Source: Phallusia mammillata (lineage: Eukaryota). Taken from it: DNA of 64,000 nt. The DNA lies in assembly GCA_965637545.1 (NCBI GenBank), contig OZ281495.1, positions 22,816,001-22,880,000 on the forward strand, in the 5' to 3' direction. The position numbers and the translations under genes are program-made. The notes beneath the pieces are model-generated. The model made no database searches and had not been told where the DNA came from. It was given only the letters and a program-made list of their open reading frames with translations. How positions within the stretch are numbered: position 1 is the stretch's first letter; each line of letters opens with the position of its first letter. Below, in pieces: positions 27,474-39,600 of this stretch.

Positions 27474-29336
27474 TCAGTCGGTGACGTCAATGATAAGTGG
27501 AGTGATGAATTCGGAATGGCGGATTCCCATTGAGTGTGCTGGGGCCTTGCTCTTGTTCATGTAAACCTTCTCTGGAGAATGAGCGCCTGGGCCAGGTTTC
27601 CTCGTGTTGTCGCCAGGCATCACATTTCTGCCTAGCATGGAGTAATGTGGCTGCTTGTTGCGGTAGATGTTTGGACCAGTAACGTTGTATTTGGCCGGAC
27701 CAGGTGTCCTGGCCAGATCCTCGTCGAAGCCTTGGATGGTAGACCTACCAGTCATCGAGTACGCAGCATGGGCTTTCCTGTTAATAATCTTGGGCCCAAT
27801 AAGCGTTGGTAGGGTGTAAGCATTGGCAGCTGGGTTTGAGTCGCGCTTACGGAAACGCGTTCTGGCAGCCATCGAGTATTTTGGAGCGTGGCGTTCACCC
27901 TGGGGGTGGACCTGGTGGTTGTTGTATGTACCGGGGCCGGGAGGGCGAAAGAGGTCTGGTTTTTTTTAAAGTTAACCACAAAGAAGTACACGCAATAAAG
28001 GCAAAAAATGACAAAATAAAACACATACAATCAAACACAAAATCAAAATTTGGAGATGGTAGCAGATGACGGCAGCGAATTCATGGAAAAAAGAAATACA
28101 TTGTTAATGGGATGTTAATGGCTAAGATCAATGTATGCATACTAAAATCAGGGTGCTATTGTGGTTATTTTTATGAACAAGGATATTTGACAAAACGCTT
28201 CATAATTGATTAAAGTTTTTTTTGCATTTCCCCAGGTCGGCAAACACAATAGGTTTTCTTGAAAACAGAGAACAATGAGACTATATTGCCGGCGGACAAA
28301 CATTGACTTGCCACCATATAAAGGTGTGACATGAATGGATTTTCCAAACAACAAGAAAGGTTGGTTTTAATATTTCCTGGGCACCACAACAATGATTCTC
28401 TTTTCATCGCCATAAACAACATAGGATCTACATGATTAATTCGCTAGGCATTTCGACTACTAATGTAACTACGTTGACCTATAAACAGCATCTAATAAAT
28501 GGTACGAATACGCTAAAACTACGGAAAGAGACTACTACAAGTATGGAACAAAATCAGACTGGAGAGTTATAATCTATGCTTGACTATGTACTCACTTAGC
28601 TCTGGTTGTCTGGCAAGCATAGAATATTTTGGTTCTCCCTCAGGACCAACCCTGGTGAATCTGGCATCAACATGGTACTTCGGGCCAGGACTTACATCCT
28701 TTGAGAACACTGGAATAGAGATTGCAATAAAACCAGCTCGTTCGTGGTGGTGGGCAAAAACAAACATAGGCGATACTAAACAAATGGAGGTTTGTTGATG
28801 GTAGCAACTTACTTGAATTGTCGAGCCGTGCCCCAAACGAATACGCTGGTTTCATGTTCTTTGTAAAGTCATGCGACTTAAAACCCACCGTACTGGGCAA
28901 AGCATAGCGTCCGGGTCCGGGACCTTTGGAAAAAATGTCAAATGCTAAAGTCGTACAGACGGTACAAAAAGTTGGTAACTTCTACTGCAGTAATTCATGT
29001 TCTGATACTTTGTGACAAGCAGTGATTACACAACGTCTTTTCCCCACAAACAGCAAGCCTTATGCAAACACACAAAAACAATGGACCAAAGCCTACATAC
29101 AAGCCTGGATAGTACATTTAAAAGATCGCCTGCAAACCATGATATCAGCTTGTTGTACCTTGGGCGTTTAGGTTTTCTTTGACTCCAAGCTAGCGTTTTT
29201 ACTAAACTTAAGTTTTGTTTTGATACATCACACAAAGTCCATTAACCCTTATGTAACACTGGTCAATACACCACACCTTTAACATACCTCTTTCCCTTGC
29301 AGCTATCATCACATTCTTTCTTTCGGTGTCTTCCAT
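27474..29336 (-). CDS. ODF3: Outer dense fiber protein 3 / CIMAP1-like (SHIPPO PGP-repeat protein), 251 aa
   Basis: Four phase-consistent exons: 29336-29288 (MEDTERKNVMIAARER), 28923-28813 (GPGPGRYALPSTVGF..PAYSFG), 28709-28596 (SPGPKY), 27955-27474 (PGPGTY..TPGPAKY..PGPGAHSPE..MGIRHSEFITPLIIDVTD*). Confidence 0.9.
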
Positions 29337-29468
29337 TTTTGATAGAACGACAAAGTATAATACGCAGTTGATATATCGGCGTCAGCGAACAAGCTATACC
29401 TCACACTGGCAGCAGATTTCAACACCCGATAAGCAAGTGGCGCGCCAGTAGGCCACTTTCGCGGACTC

Positions 29469-29667
29469 GTTACCATAGACGCACGCTGCTAGGCAACACG
29501 AGCAAGAGCGGAGGAGCGGAAATCAAATAAGCGCTTGAATCGCTCACACGTTTACTGGCATGATCACCCATCCAATTCGAAGAGCTGGTTGACGAGCACT
29601 TGACGCGAGACGGGAGGAGACTCTGCGCAAACAATACGCTCACTTGCTTGTCGAGAGCAATAAACAA
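29469..29667. promoter_or_regulatory. ODF3 upstream regulatory region with X-box-like and forkhead-like motifs
   Basis: GTTACCATAGAC 29469-29480 and GCTGCTAGGCAAC 29485-29497 (RFX X-box-like); TAAACAA 29661-29667 (forkhead-like). The block is CpG-rich and lies 130-330 bp upstream of the ODF3 ATG. Confidence 0.5.
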
Positions 29668-30675
29668 TAGGCGCGAAGGAGCGGGGGCGCTCGCGGCTTC
29701 TCCCGGCGCTCCACAATCAGTGAAGATGGCTTGGGAATGAATACCCAAAGAATGCTGCCAAAGTTGTCTCTGTTGGTACAATAGCCACGACTTCTTCTTT
29801 TGGAGCTTGTACAGATGGTAACATTATAGCCTGCCTATCAACGAAAATAAAAACTACTGTGCTGCCACAAATATTACACTGATAATAACCACTTGCGCGG
29901 CATCAAATTGTTCTCTGTGTTTATTATATTGTTACAACGTAACCTGCTGTTTACACTTTAGCCTCTGTAGGAGGAAACTTTAGCGGCAAACTTTTGCATC
30001 AAAATTCGCTGTCGCTTAGTCGATTGGTCAAATTACCAGCATTCATACCAGGAAGCAGTTTGTGGTTCAAACGTGGAAAAACACATCTTATCGAACTGTA
30101 TGGCTTCTTATTGGTTTACAACCTGACATTGCCGCTGTTGAATAACAGCGAGAAGCACGATACCTATTGTTTTTAACTGGTCAAGTGATAGGAAATAGTC
30201 TGCACAATAGTCTGCATTTTTAACACAAATATTTCCTGTACGCGCAAATACTTTCGAACAGCCCGGTTTTAAGCGATAAACCGTGAACACAAAACAGCTT
30301 GACACATATATAACTAAATAACTAAGTGATATTTTCCTGGGACAGAAATGGAAACTAGTGGTCGATAAAATGCATGTTTTTGTAGAGGGAGGGTCAAAAA
30401 TATGTGTTGTGTCAGTTCTCATACACAATCAACCCCTTTATTGTGGAGGACATTAATAAGATGGTTAACTGTTCGAAACTACTCACAAATATTTGTGTTT
30501 GGAAAAGCAAATATGTTCCTGCTTGAACTGTCTTTTTTTGCGTGTATGCAAAATATTGTAAAATAAGCACAGATATTGTTTCTATTGTAGGGGATTTTAC
30601 GAAAATTCCCCACAATTAGGACAAACAGCTAAAAATTACTTGTTAGATGTTATCTGCAGAAGTTTCTGATTGACT

Positions 30676-33600
30676 ATGTCTTCGAAGAAAACCAAACTAT
30701 CTCTTAAAAATGCTAAACAAGCTATTCAAGCAAAACAGTTTGAGACGGCACTGGGACATTGCCAAGTGAGAAAAGATGTATTCTAATTAAAAGACAGGAA
30801 TCTATATGCTTCTTTAAATTATGTGTTGCTTTCTACAGGAGGTTTTGGATGATGATTCGATGAATTACAATGGCCTGGTTTTTGCTGGCTTGTGCCATTC
30901 AGAACTTAGGCACCACGATCTTGCCCTAACAACTTACCAAAATGCAATTAAAGCTCAACCAGACATGGCTTTAGCTTATCAGGGAATTGTAAATCTCTTT
31001 CAAAAACACAACATGAAAGGCAATTCTGAACAAATATCTGTGCTTATTTCAGCATACCAATTTCTTATTAACCAACCAAAGTATGATAAATGAGTTAAAT
31101 TTTTTTTTATTTACGTGTAGTAAGGGTTTTATACTGTTCCAGATTGGATTCTGACAAGAAAGTTGAACTACAGCATGGTTTAGGCCAAGCCTATTGTGAA
31201 AATGATCAATATGATCTTGCTTTTGAAATATTGAATGAAGCTTTGCAGCACCTTGAAGAAGGATCCACATCAAACAAAAGATCTTTACAAATGACATTTT
31301 TCCAGTGCTTAAAAAAGTCTTTGGCAGCAGGAAATCAACTACAAATTGATCCTGAAATGGTAAACTTTTCTTTGTATGTTTAGTTTAAGTAGTGTTTGAA
31401 TTTCTGTTTGTTTAAAATGAAAAACCTTTTTAGGTATTTAACACTGCAAGTGATTTTTTACAAAATGATAATGTTTCTGGAAAAAGCAAGGAAGATCCAC
31501 TAAAATATCTAATCTCATTCCTGCAAGTAAGAGAGGGAAGCTTGGTCAAACGTTTGCTGGATTTACAGAACCTTTGTTTGGAACTGGCATTAAAATACAT
31601 GGACATTAATGTTTTTGCTGAGGCACTGCTACAAATATGTTTGCACAAAGGTTAGCATGTGACATTTGATGAATACTCTCATCATGTATGACATTCAAAT
31701 TAGAACTAGGTACATTTTTTAAGTAAATTGTATGATTTCAGATATGATTTATAATAATCAGTCTATAACCAATGTTTGAATTCAAATTTTTCTATTTGTT
31801 GTTCAGATCAATCTTTTCAAACTTCTGATGCAGCATCATCTGTGCTTGAATTCTATAATGGCCCCTACAAGTCAATTTATAAAGGATTTTCTTTTTTTAA
31901 TGAAAATAAATTTGAAGAGTGTTATAAACAAATAAAAGCGAGCCTGCTAAGTGCCAGTGATTTTGTTCCTGGCTGGCTACTTCTTGGTAAGTGCCTGAAC
32001 AAAATGCACAAAGGCCAGGAAGCAGAAAAGACTGTCAAGTAAGTTTTACCTAAACATGTGTGGGGTTGTGTTGGTGCAGATGCTTATATATCAAAACAAA
32101 TACATACTTAACATTTTTGCAGACAGGGGCTCCAGGCTTTAAAAAATATAGATCAATGTAAGACTGGCAGTTGGGTTGTCCACCTCAAACCTTTGCTTGA
32201 CCTAAAATTTGAGTTCACCATGTGTCTGGGTCATGCATACTCTTTGCAACATAATCCTACATCTTTAGCTCTTGCAAGGGCAACCTTTGAGAAAGTGAGT
32301 GCTTTTGTTGTAAAATCTTTAGAAACATGTAACTGTGTGAGTGCTCTGTTTAACAAATTCTGCTTAACAAAGTTATCCAAGATGAGTGAATATTCAACAC
32401 AAGCAACTCTGGGGTTAATTGATGTGGAAATGAAACTCAACAACTTTGACAAAGTGAAGGATATTCTTTCTCAATCAGATGTGGCAGATGATCTACAGGC
32501 CAGATGTTGGAAGTTGCAGTTACAATTCATGGTATATACCAGTTAGCTGTAACAGATTTTGTTTGTGGTATTGCCATTTTTAAAATGTGTTGCATGTTTT
32601 CGGCTTAAACAATGGTTTGAAGTAATATTTTCTCAAATATGCTTACATTTTACTATATTTTTGCTCTACTGACAATTTTTTGTAGCTTATCTGATGTTTT
32701 GATGTCCTGTTTGGGGCATCTTCATCAGGTTATTAGCACACTATTTAACACAATCCTTCCTGATAACACCAAACAGGGTGATAACATGGCACAAACACAT
32801 TGTGTAAATATTGATAAAACTGCATTACAACACTTAAATAAAAATGTTGATAAGTTATATACAGCTGGTAGAAAAGAATGCTTTGTAAAATGGACATGGG
32901 ACAAAAGTAACTATGTATTTAGGATGGTGACAGAGAAGTAGCAATTGCCTCAATAAAATCTTTAGCACAAGACAATCCAACAGAACTTCTACCAGCTTTC
33001 CTATTTGGAAAGCTTATGTGGCAATTAGGTGAACCATACAGAAGAGACAAGACCAAATGCCTGACAGCATTTTTGAAGGTATCAAATCTGTAAACGAAAC
33101 ATTTGCCTGTAAGTATATTTTTTGACTTTTCCTTGTTTATTTAAAGGCAGCTAAATTGGATGTCTACCATGGAGAGACATTCCTATATTTGGGTCATTAC
33201 TATCGAGACATTGGAAGTAATAACTCAAAAGCCAAGAAGTGCTACCAGAAAGCTTACACACTCGATCCTGGAAACGAGGAAGCTGGATCTGCACTTGCTG
33301 ATCAGTTTATTGCAGAAGGTAGGTCTAGATCAGGGGTGGGCAAACTTTTCAATGCACGGGCCGCATTCAAAAGTTCTTAATGTTATCGGGCCGCATAGTA
33401 TTTAACCAACGGCCGCCATTGTTTGCTTGTTTTTGTTTTAAAATAACTGGTGTAAAGAATTTGGTTTATATCATATATATATACCATTTAACTTGGTGCA
33501 CAAGTTCAGCTAAACGAAGCTAACTGTTTATGACGTCATAATCTGTATTGTGACGATTGCGGGGCCTGTTTTTCTCTTTGTTTACACACAATAAGCGGAT

Positions 33601-36600
33601 AAAAAAGCCTGACGCATATAGTTACTAAGCGGGTAATCTTTTTTCCAGTCTCGCGAAATCTGTTTTTAGCAGTTTAAAAATATAAATATTTGGCAAAATA
33701 GTTTTAGTTACGTCACGGCCCAATGCATGTATTTTAAAACGGACCACACAAACTCGTCTCCGCGTCCGCATGTGGCCGTAAGGCCGCATGTTGTGCACGC
33801 CTGATCTAGCCCAAAAATATTTTCAGCTATGTGCAAATACGTTTGTTATCACTTGACTAGGCAAAAATTGGTTAAAACGCTACAATTGTAATTGTTTCAA
33901 AATAAACAAGCATTTTAAGCACGTTTTTTTGTTAATAAATTCCTTGCGCCAACATTAAACAAGGCGAGCCGCTTTTAGTATCCATCCTTAGGTGTTGTGC
34001 GGGTCTGCGTTAACGATTCTGAAGCCGTTTTTTAACAGTTTGCAAAGTACTGCAACGACCTAAACTTGATCCAAAGTGACCAAAGTTTTGGCGTCAACAG
34101 TGCAAAGTGGGCTGTATTTGAAAAAGTAAATTGCTTTTTACTTTTATCGAACGAAGAATTTGTGTCAAGTGACGATTTGCATAATAACGTGGCAGAAACA
34201 ACAGGCAAAGGCACATAAAAAGTATCTATGTTTAGTTCCTATGCTGGTACGGGTACAGATACAGCACATGGTATAGGTATCGGCAAGTCGCACCCTCGGT
34301 ACTTTTTATTATTTTTTAAAAACTCTACGCCTGTGCTTATAATACTATTCAGCGTTGCTCGGTAACTTTCTCTTTAAAGTTTACTAACACTTGGCGGGCC
34401 GCATGAACTCCTTTGCCGGGCCGCATGCGGCCCGCGGGCCGTAGTTTGCCCACCCCTGGTCTAGATGGTGGTACCAAACCAGTATCATATTTTTAGGTGG
34501 TTTTTAAAATAGCAAGATATTGTGAGTTATGGCTCCCAGAAGTAACAAGAAATAATTACCACCTGCAGAAACAAAAGCATGTTCAACCTAAAAAGGTGGT
34601 TTAAATTGATCCCAGGTTCAAACATAGAACCACAAACAACCTATTAAATATGAATCTGTGTGTAAAGTTCTAGATTTTTCATTCACTATATTAGTTTTCA
34701 CATTAAGGTAAATGTAGATCCTTTTTTGTAGATCCTATGTGTTTAGTGCTTACAAACTTAAAGTTTAAACATTTCTTATTTACTTGTTGTGTTTAATGTT
34801 GCTTATCCTGGCCCTATTCCTAGTCTAGCTAATATTTTTGTTACTCTATTTCTTATGCTTGAAAAAACAACTGACTGGGTTATATTCATGTCTAATAAAA
34901 AAGTGTTTTACAGGCAAATTCGAAGATGCAGTGTCATTATATGAAGGTGTTACCAGTGATGCTGCAGCAGGGACATGTAAGTGGGCTTGGCTAAGGCTTG
35001 GACTTTGTCACCTGAAGATTAAGGATGGCACCAAGGCAATCAAGTGCTTCCTGGCTGCCCTAAGAGCTGATGCAAATGACTAGTATGTACAATGTGATTA
35101 CCTTTGTTTAACTGCAGTCTTTCTTGTGCTAAAATTATACACATTATAATTACAGCATATGTTGGGAATGCCTTGGTGAGGGATATATTGGAAGGGGAAG
35201 TTACAATGCAGCATGGAAGGCATTTAACAAAGCCCATGATCTCAATCCAAATTCTGTGTACAGTGTTTATCAAATGGCTGCTGTTAAACAGGTAAAACTA
35301 TAATTACAATGATCAAAACATGTCATTTTTAACTCTGTTGACTTAAAAGATTCTGGGACAGCATGCGGATGCCATTGTAGAATACATGGGTGTGTTAAAA
35401 ATGGTTCCAGATTATGTGCCTGCACTAAAAGGTACTGTCCAAAGAAGTGTATTAAAAGCAATGCTTTACTTTAACAACTCTCTTATGTCAACAAACAACC
35501 ATCTTGTTTTACCTTTTTTGATTATTTTTATGAAGCAACAGCACTAAAAAATCACAAAAGTCTTTTTTTGCTTAGGATTAAGTGAAAGTCACTTGGCTCA
35601 AGCAAAGCAAATGTTGAGTGAAGGTAGAGATCAAACCTGTAATGATCACATTACTGAGGCCATAAAGTGCCTGACATCTGCTGTTAAAACCAGGTATGTT
35701 AATTGATTGTTCATTATTTCATTTGTATTCTTGTTGAAAGAAAAATGTCTGTGATTTTGCTCAGATAAACACAACATGATATGATGTTCCTAAAGAAAAT
35801 CACAGCATGCCAAATTTAGATTAAATCCCATAAGAGCACTAGGCGGTTGTGCTAACCACCAAACCATCTTAGATACAGCTTCTGTGTTACATATTATTGC
35901 CTAAATCTTCGTGTTTAAATATTATGGTTGCATCCTAAAAACATACAATTTTTCTCATGAATCTCTCATGAAAATAACTTCAGTGATTCAATAAATTTAA
36001 AATTATTTGCTGTTCAGTGGCACAATGTCTTGTCTGTGGAAGCTTCTTGGTGAATGTTGCAATGTTATCTACTTTCTTCACCCAAACCAAGTTCAAGTCG
36101 AAGTACCAAGTGTGTTGTATGAACAATCATCGTCAGACAATCAAACAGTAACTTTAAACAAAAAGGAGGTAGGTTATGTAAATGTTTTTTTGTGATTTTG
36201 CAGTGTATGTTTTTCTGCATTGTAAATGGTAACAAAGCTTAACATGATTCCAAACTAAAGTAAGCAATCCAAAACTTCTTATTTGATAAATGGCATAATT
36301 TTGACGATAGAAAACACAAGTATAAATTATTATCTTTTGGCATGTGCTTCAACATTCTTATGTTTATGTTTGGATGTGTTTATTGTATTCAGCTTCTTTC
36401 CCTGGGCACCAAGTGTTTTTCACGAGCTCTGTCATTGAACAACAATCTTTCATCACTATGGCACGATCTTGGTCACAATCTTTTCCATTGTGCCAAAATG
36501 GAATCAGAATTGTCGGTGGCAACTCAACTTGCCGAAAAGTCACAAAACGTATGAGTTTTAACCTGTAGATCTCCCAACAATGTTTCTATGATTCATTTCG

Positions 36601-39600
36601 CACTTTGTTTAATCTAGGTGTTGCAGAAGGCTATATCACTGGAACCAAACAATCATATTTTGTGGAACAGTCTTGGGGTTGTAACATCTTCGAAATACAT
36701 TGAGGTAAAGATAAATCAACAACTATTTTTGTGACGCATAACTTGTTGACCCAGAGTTGAACGTTTGCCAGGATTTTAAGGGCCTGACTTCACATTCTAT
36801 GCCTGTAATTTTTTTAACTGTAATTACCCAGCAAAGTAGCTATTTGCTGGACTAAACCTAATGCCCAAACAGCCCTAAAACGTCTTGTTTACGCCATTAT
36901 CTATTATTGTCTATTGAATATGTCTTTTTTTACAATCCTGTCATTCAAATTTTCGGGCCTAAAACGGGCTTCTTAAAAATGACTCTTCATACCCGCTTAC
37001 AACTCTGCCAACAGTTAATGTAATGTACAAATTTAAAGTTGGGTAACTTATTGTGCATTGGCTGTAATTTTTGCAGAATTGGGGTTTGGCTCAGCATTCG
37101 TTCATCAAGTCAATCGAGGCAGACAGCAACAACTGCTGGGCGTGGAGCAACCTTGGCTTTATGTATTTGCGGCAGATGGAAGTTCAGTTGGCACACAGAG
37201 CGTTCAAAGTTGCCCAAAGCCTGGAACCTTCGTTTCCCAACAGTTGGATCGGACAGGTTTGTGCAAAAGACCACCAGTCCATAGACATATTGGCACTAAA
37301 AATAATTTACCTAAATACAAATGTGATTCTTGTGGACTGTGACACAAACACATAATGATAATGCTATATTTGATGTTATGTGACACACTAAATGATTTTA
37401 TGGCATTTCGATTTCCCGAACCTAATTGCCAAAATTTTAAGAATTCTTGTTTTCGTGGTAAAACGCCTTTCGCTTCAGGAAAATGGTAAAAACTGTACTT
37501 CTGTATTTAGACGTTTTTATTTCTGTATTTTTTTGCATTTAAAAATGTTTTTAGGCGTTGGTTGCTGAAAACATTGAAAGTCATGAAGCGATGGATTTGT
37601 TTCGACATGCTACAGAATTGGGTTTGCACGGACAATCAGGAACGGGTAAAACACGCTTTTGTTTTATAATATCGCTACCAATAGGTTCGAGTGACAAATG
37701 CCGGAACAAGTGGGCCCATGCTGAGTGCACTTGACTGTTTCAATTTAATCTCGCAGGTTATGCTTCATGGGTGGTTAAACTTATTACTGAATGTGACGAC
37801 CGATCAACTTCACGTTACCGAGAAAACATCCACGACATGGATGCTATACAAGCTGCACAAACTCAGCTGTCCAAATTCTGCACTCGACACCCAGACTGGT
37901 GAAAAACATTTTAAAAACATATTTGTTGTTTATCTGCACTGTTGCCATGTATTGGTACGCTCTGAAGAAGACGTCAAAGCTTTTGCCCTAACAAAATATT
38001 TTTCCTAAACCATCAACTATAGTATAAAAACGCCAAAGATTGGGACTGAGAGGCGTTTGAAACTTTTTTCTCAACCGGTTTGGTGCCTAATTTTTTTTTG
38101 TCATATGAATATGCAGATACAAACTAATAAATAAATATTTGTACTTGAAAAATATTTTTTGTATGTTGTGCAATTATTTAAATCCGCGGACTTTGGGTCG
38201 AGAAACACTTCAAAACTTTTTTATTGTTCTTAATGATGCCTAAACAGAGCTTTTTTTCGTTTTTAGTGCGTGGGCTCTCACTTTGCACGGTTTCATACTG
38301 GAGCAATCCAGTTTAAACCGGTCCGCAGAGGAAGCTTACAAAAAGGCGAAGGAAGTTCTCGAGTCAGAAGCTGCGAACTGTGATGAGTCAACCGCCTCTT
38401 CTATTGCACCAAAGCTCGATAAAGCAAAATCTAATTATGCTCGTCTTGTTTGGTATACTTAATGCTAAATTGTATTCCTGTTTTCATATCTCTCGGAACA
38501 ATGCCCACAAATATGAATGTCGATGGGTCCAATCGGACCATTTGGTTGCTTACCTTATATGGTTGTGAATTTCAAAAGTATCAAAATTAATTTTGTTTTA
38601 ATTTTAGCGTTAATGGAAACTTCAACAAGGCTGCAGAAATCTATAAAACCATTACATCGCCAACATTTCACGATCTTTGCGGTTTGGCGTTGTCACTTCG
38701 TCAATCCAACAAATTGAAAGACGCATTAAAAACATACCAAGAGGTATTTACACACAGTTACTGAAACATTTCGATCAACGATTCACTGGCCTCTTGTGAC
38801 TATATCAAGTTACTTTTTAAAGGCTTGCCACATGGTGGCGACAGACGAAGATCAAGCAAATGTGGCAGTTGCCATGGTGACACTATCTCTTCGTATGAAG
38901 AATATTGATAGTGCAAAAGACCTGTTACTGCCATGGATTGAATGTTCAAGGATTGCACGGCAAACACTAGAAGCTATAGGTATGAACGGCTAAACAACTA
39001 TGGTCATTCTTAACAAAGCTGTAAATGTAAAAATTGTTTTCAAGGTCACACAGATCCTTATAATGGTATGTAAATATAAATCGTACGTTTAAAAATATAT
39101 AACTGAAATGGTAAATATTTGTTGGAATTATCTTTTTTCATTACGACATTTCGACAAACGTATGTATATGATGTTGTTCTGTCGCATAATGTATTAATAG
39201 TTTGTTGTGTGTATAGGGCTTGACGGATAACACGGTTATTTTACAGACATCGTCCGGGGCTCTCCCTTAACCGAAAACTTGACATCGGGATCCACACCGC
39301 CTTCATCACGTGACCAACTACGCAATTGTTTGCTCGAGGTTGCGTCATCATTAATGCGCGATCGCCAATCTGCGCATCGCAAAGTGCAAAAATACATACA
39401 TAGGTTTGTTGCGTTTGCTTTACCTTAAATTTACGATGAGTTTTGTAACGCGTTTTGCCTTGGGTACCAATAATGGTTTTGGATACTTGGGAAACGGTTT
39501 TATGGCTTTCGGGATAACGGCAATGACTTGGTAAACAAGAGAAACCCTTTACACGTTAAACAGTAACTAGTATTAGGCTGATAAGTTGTATGATAAATTC

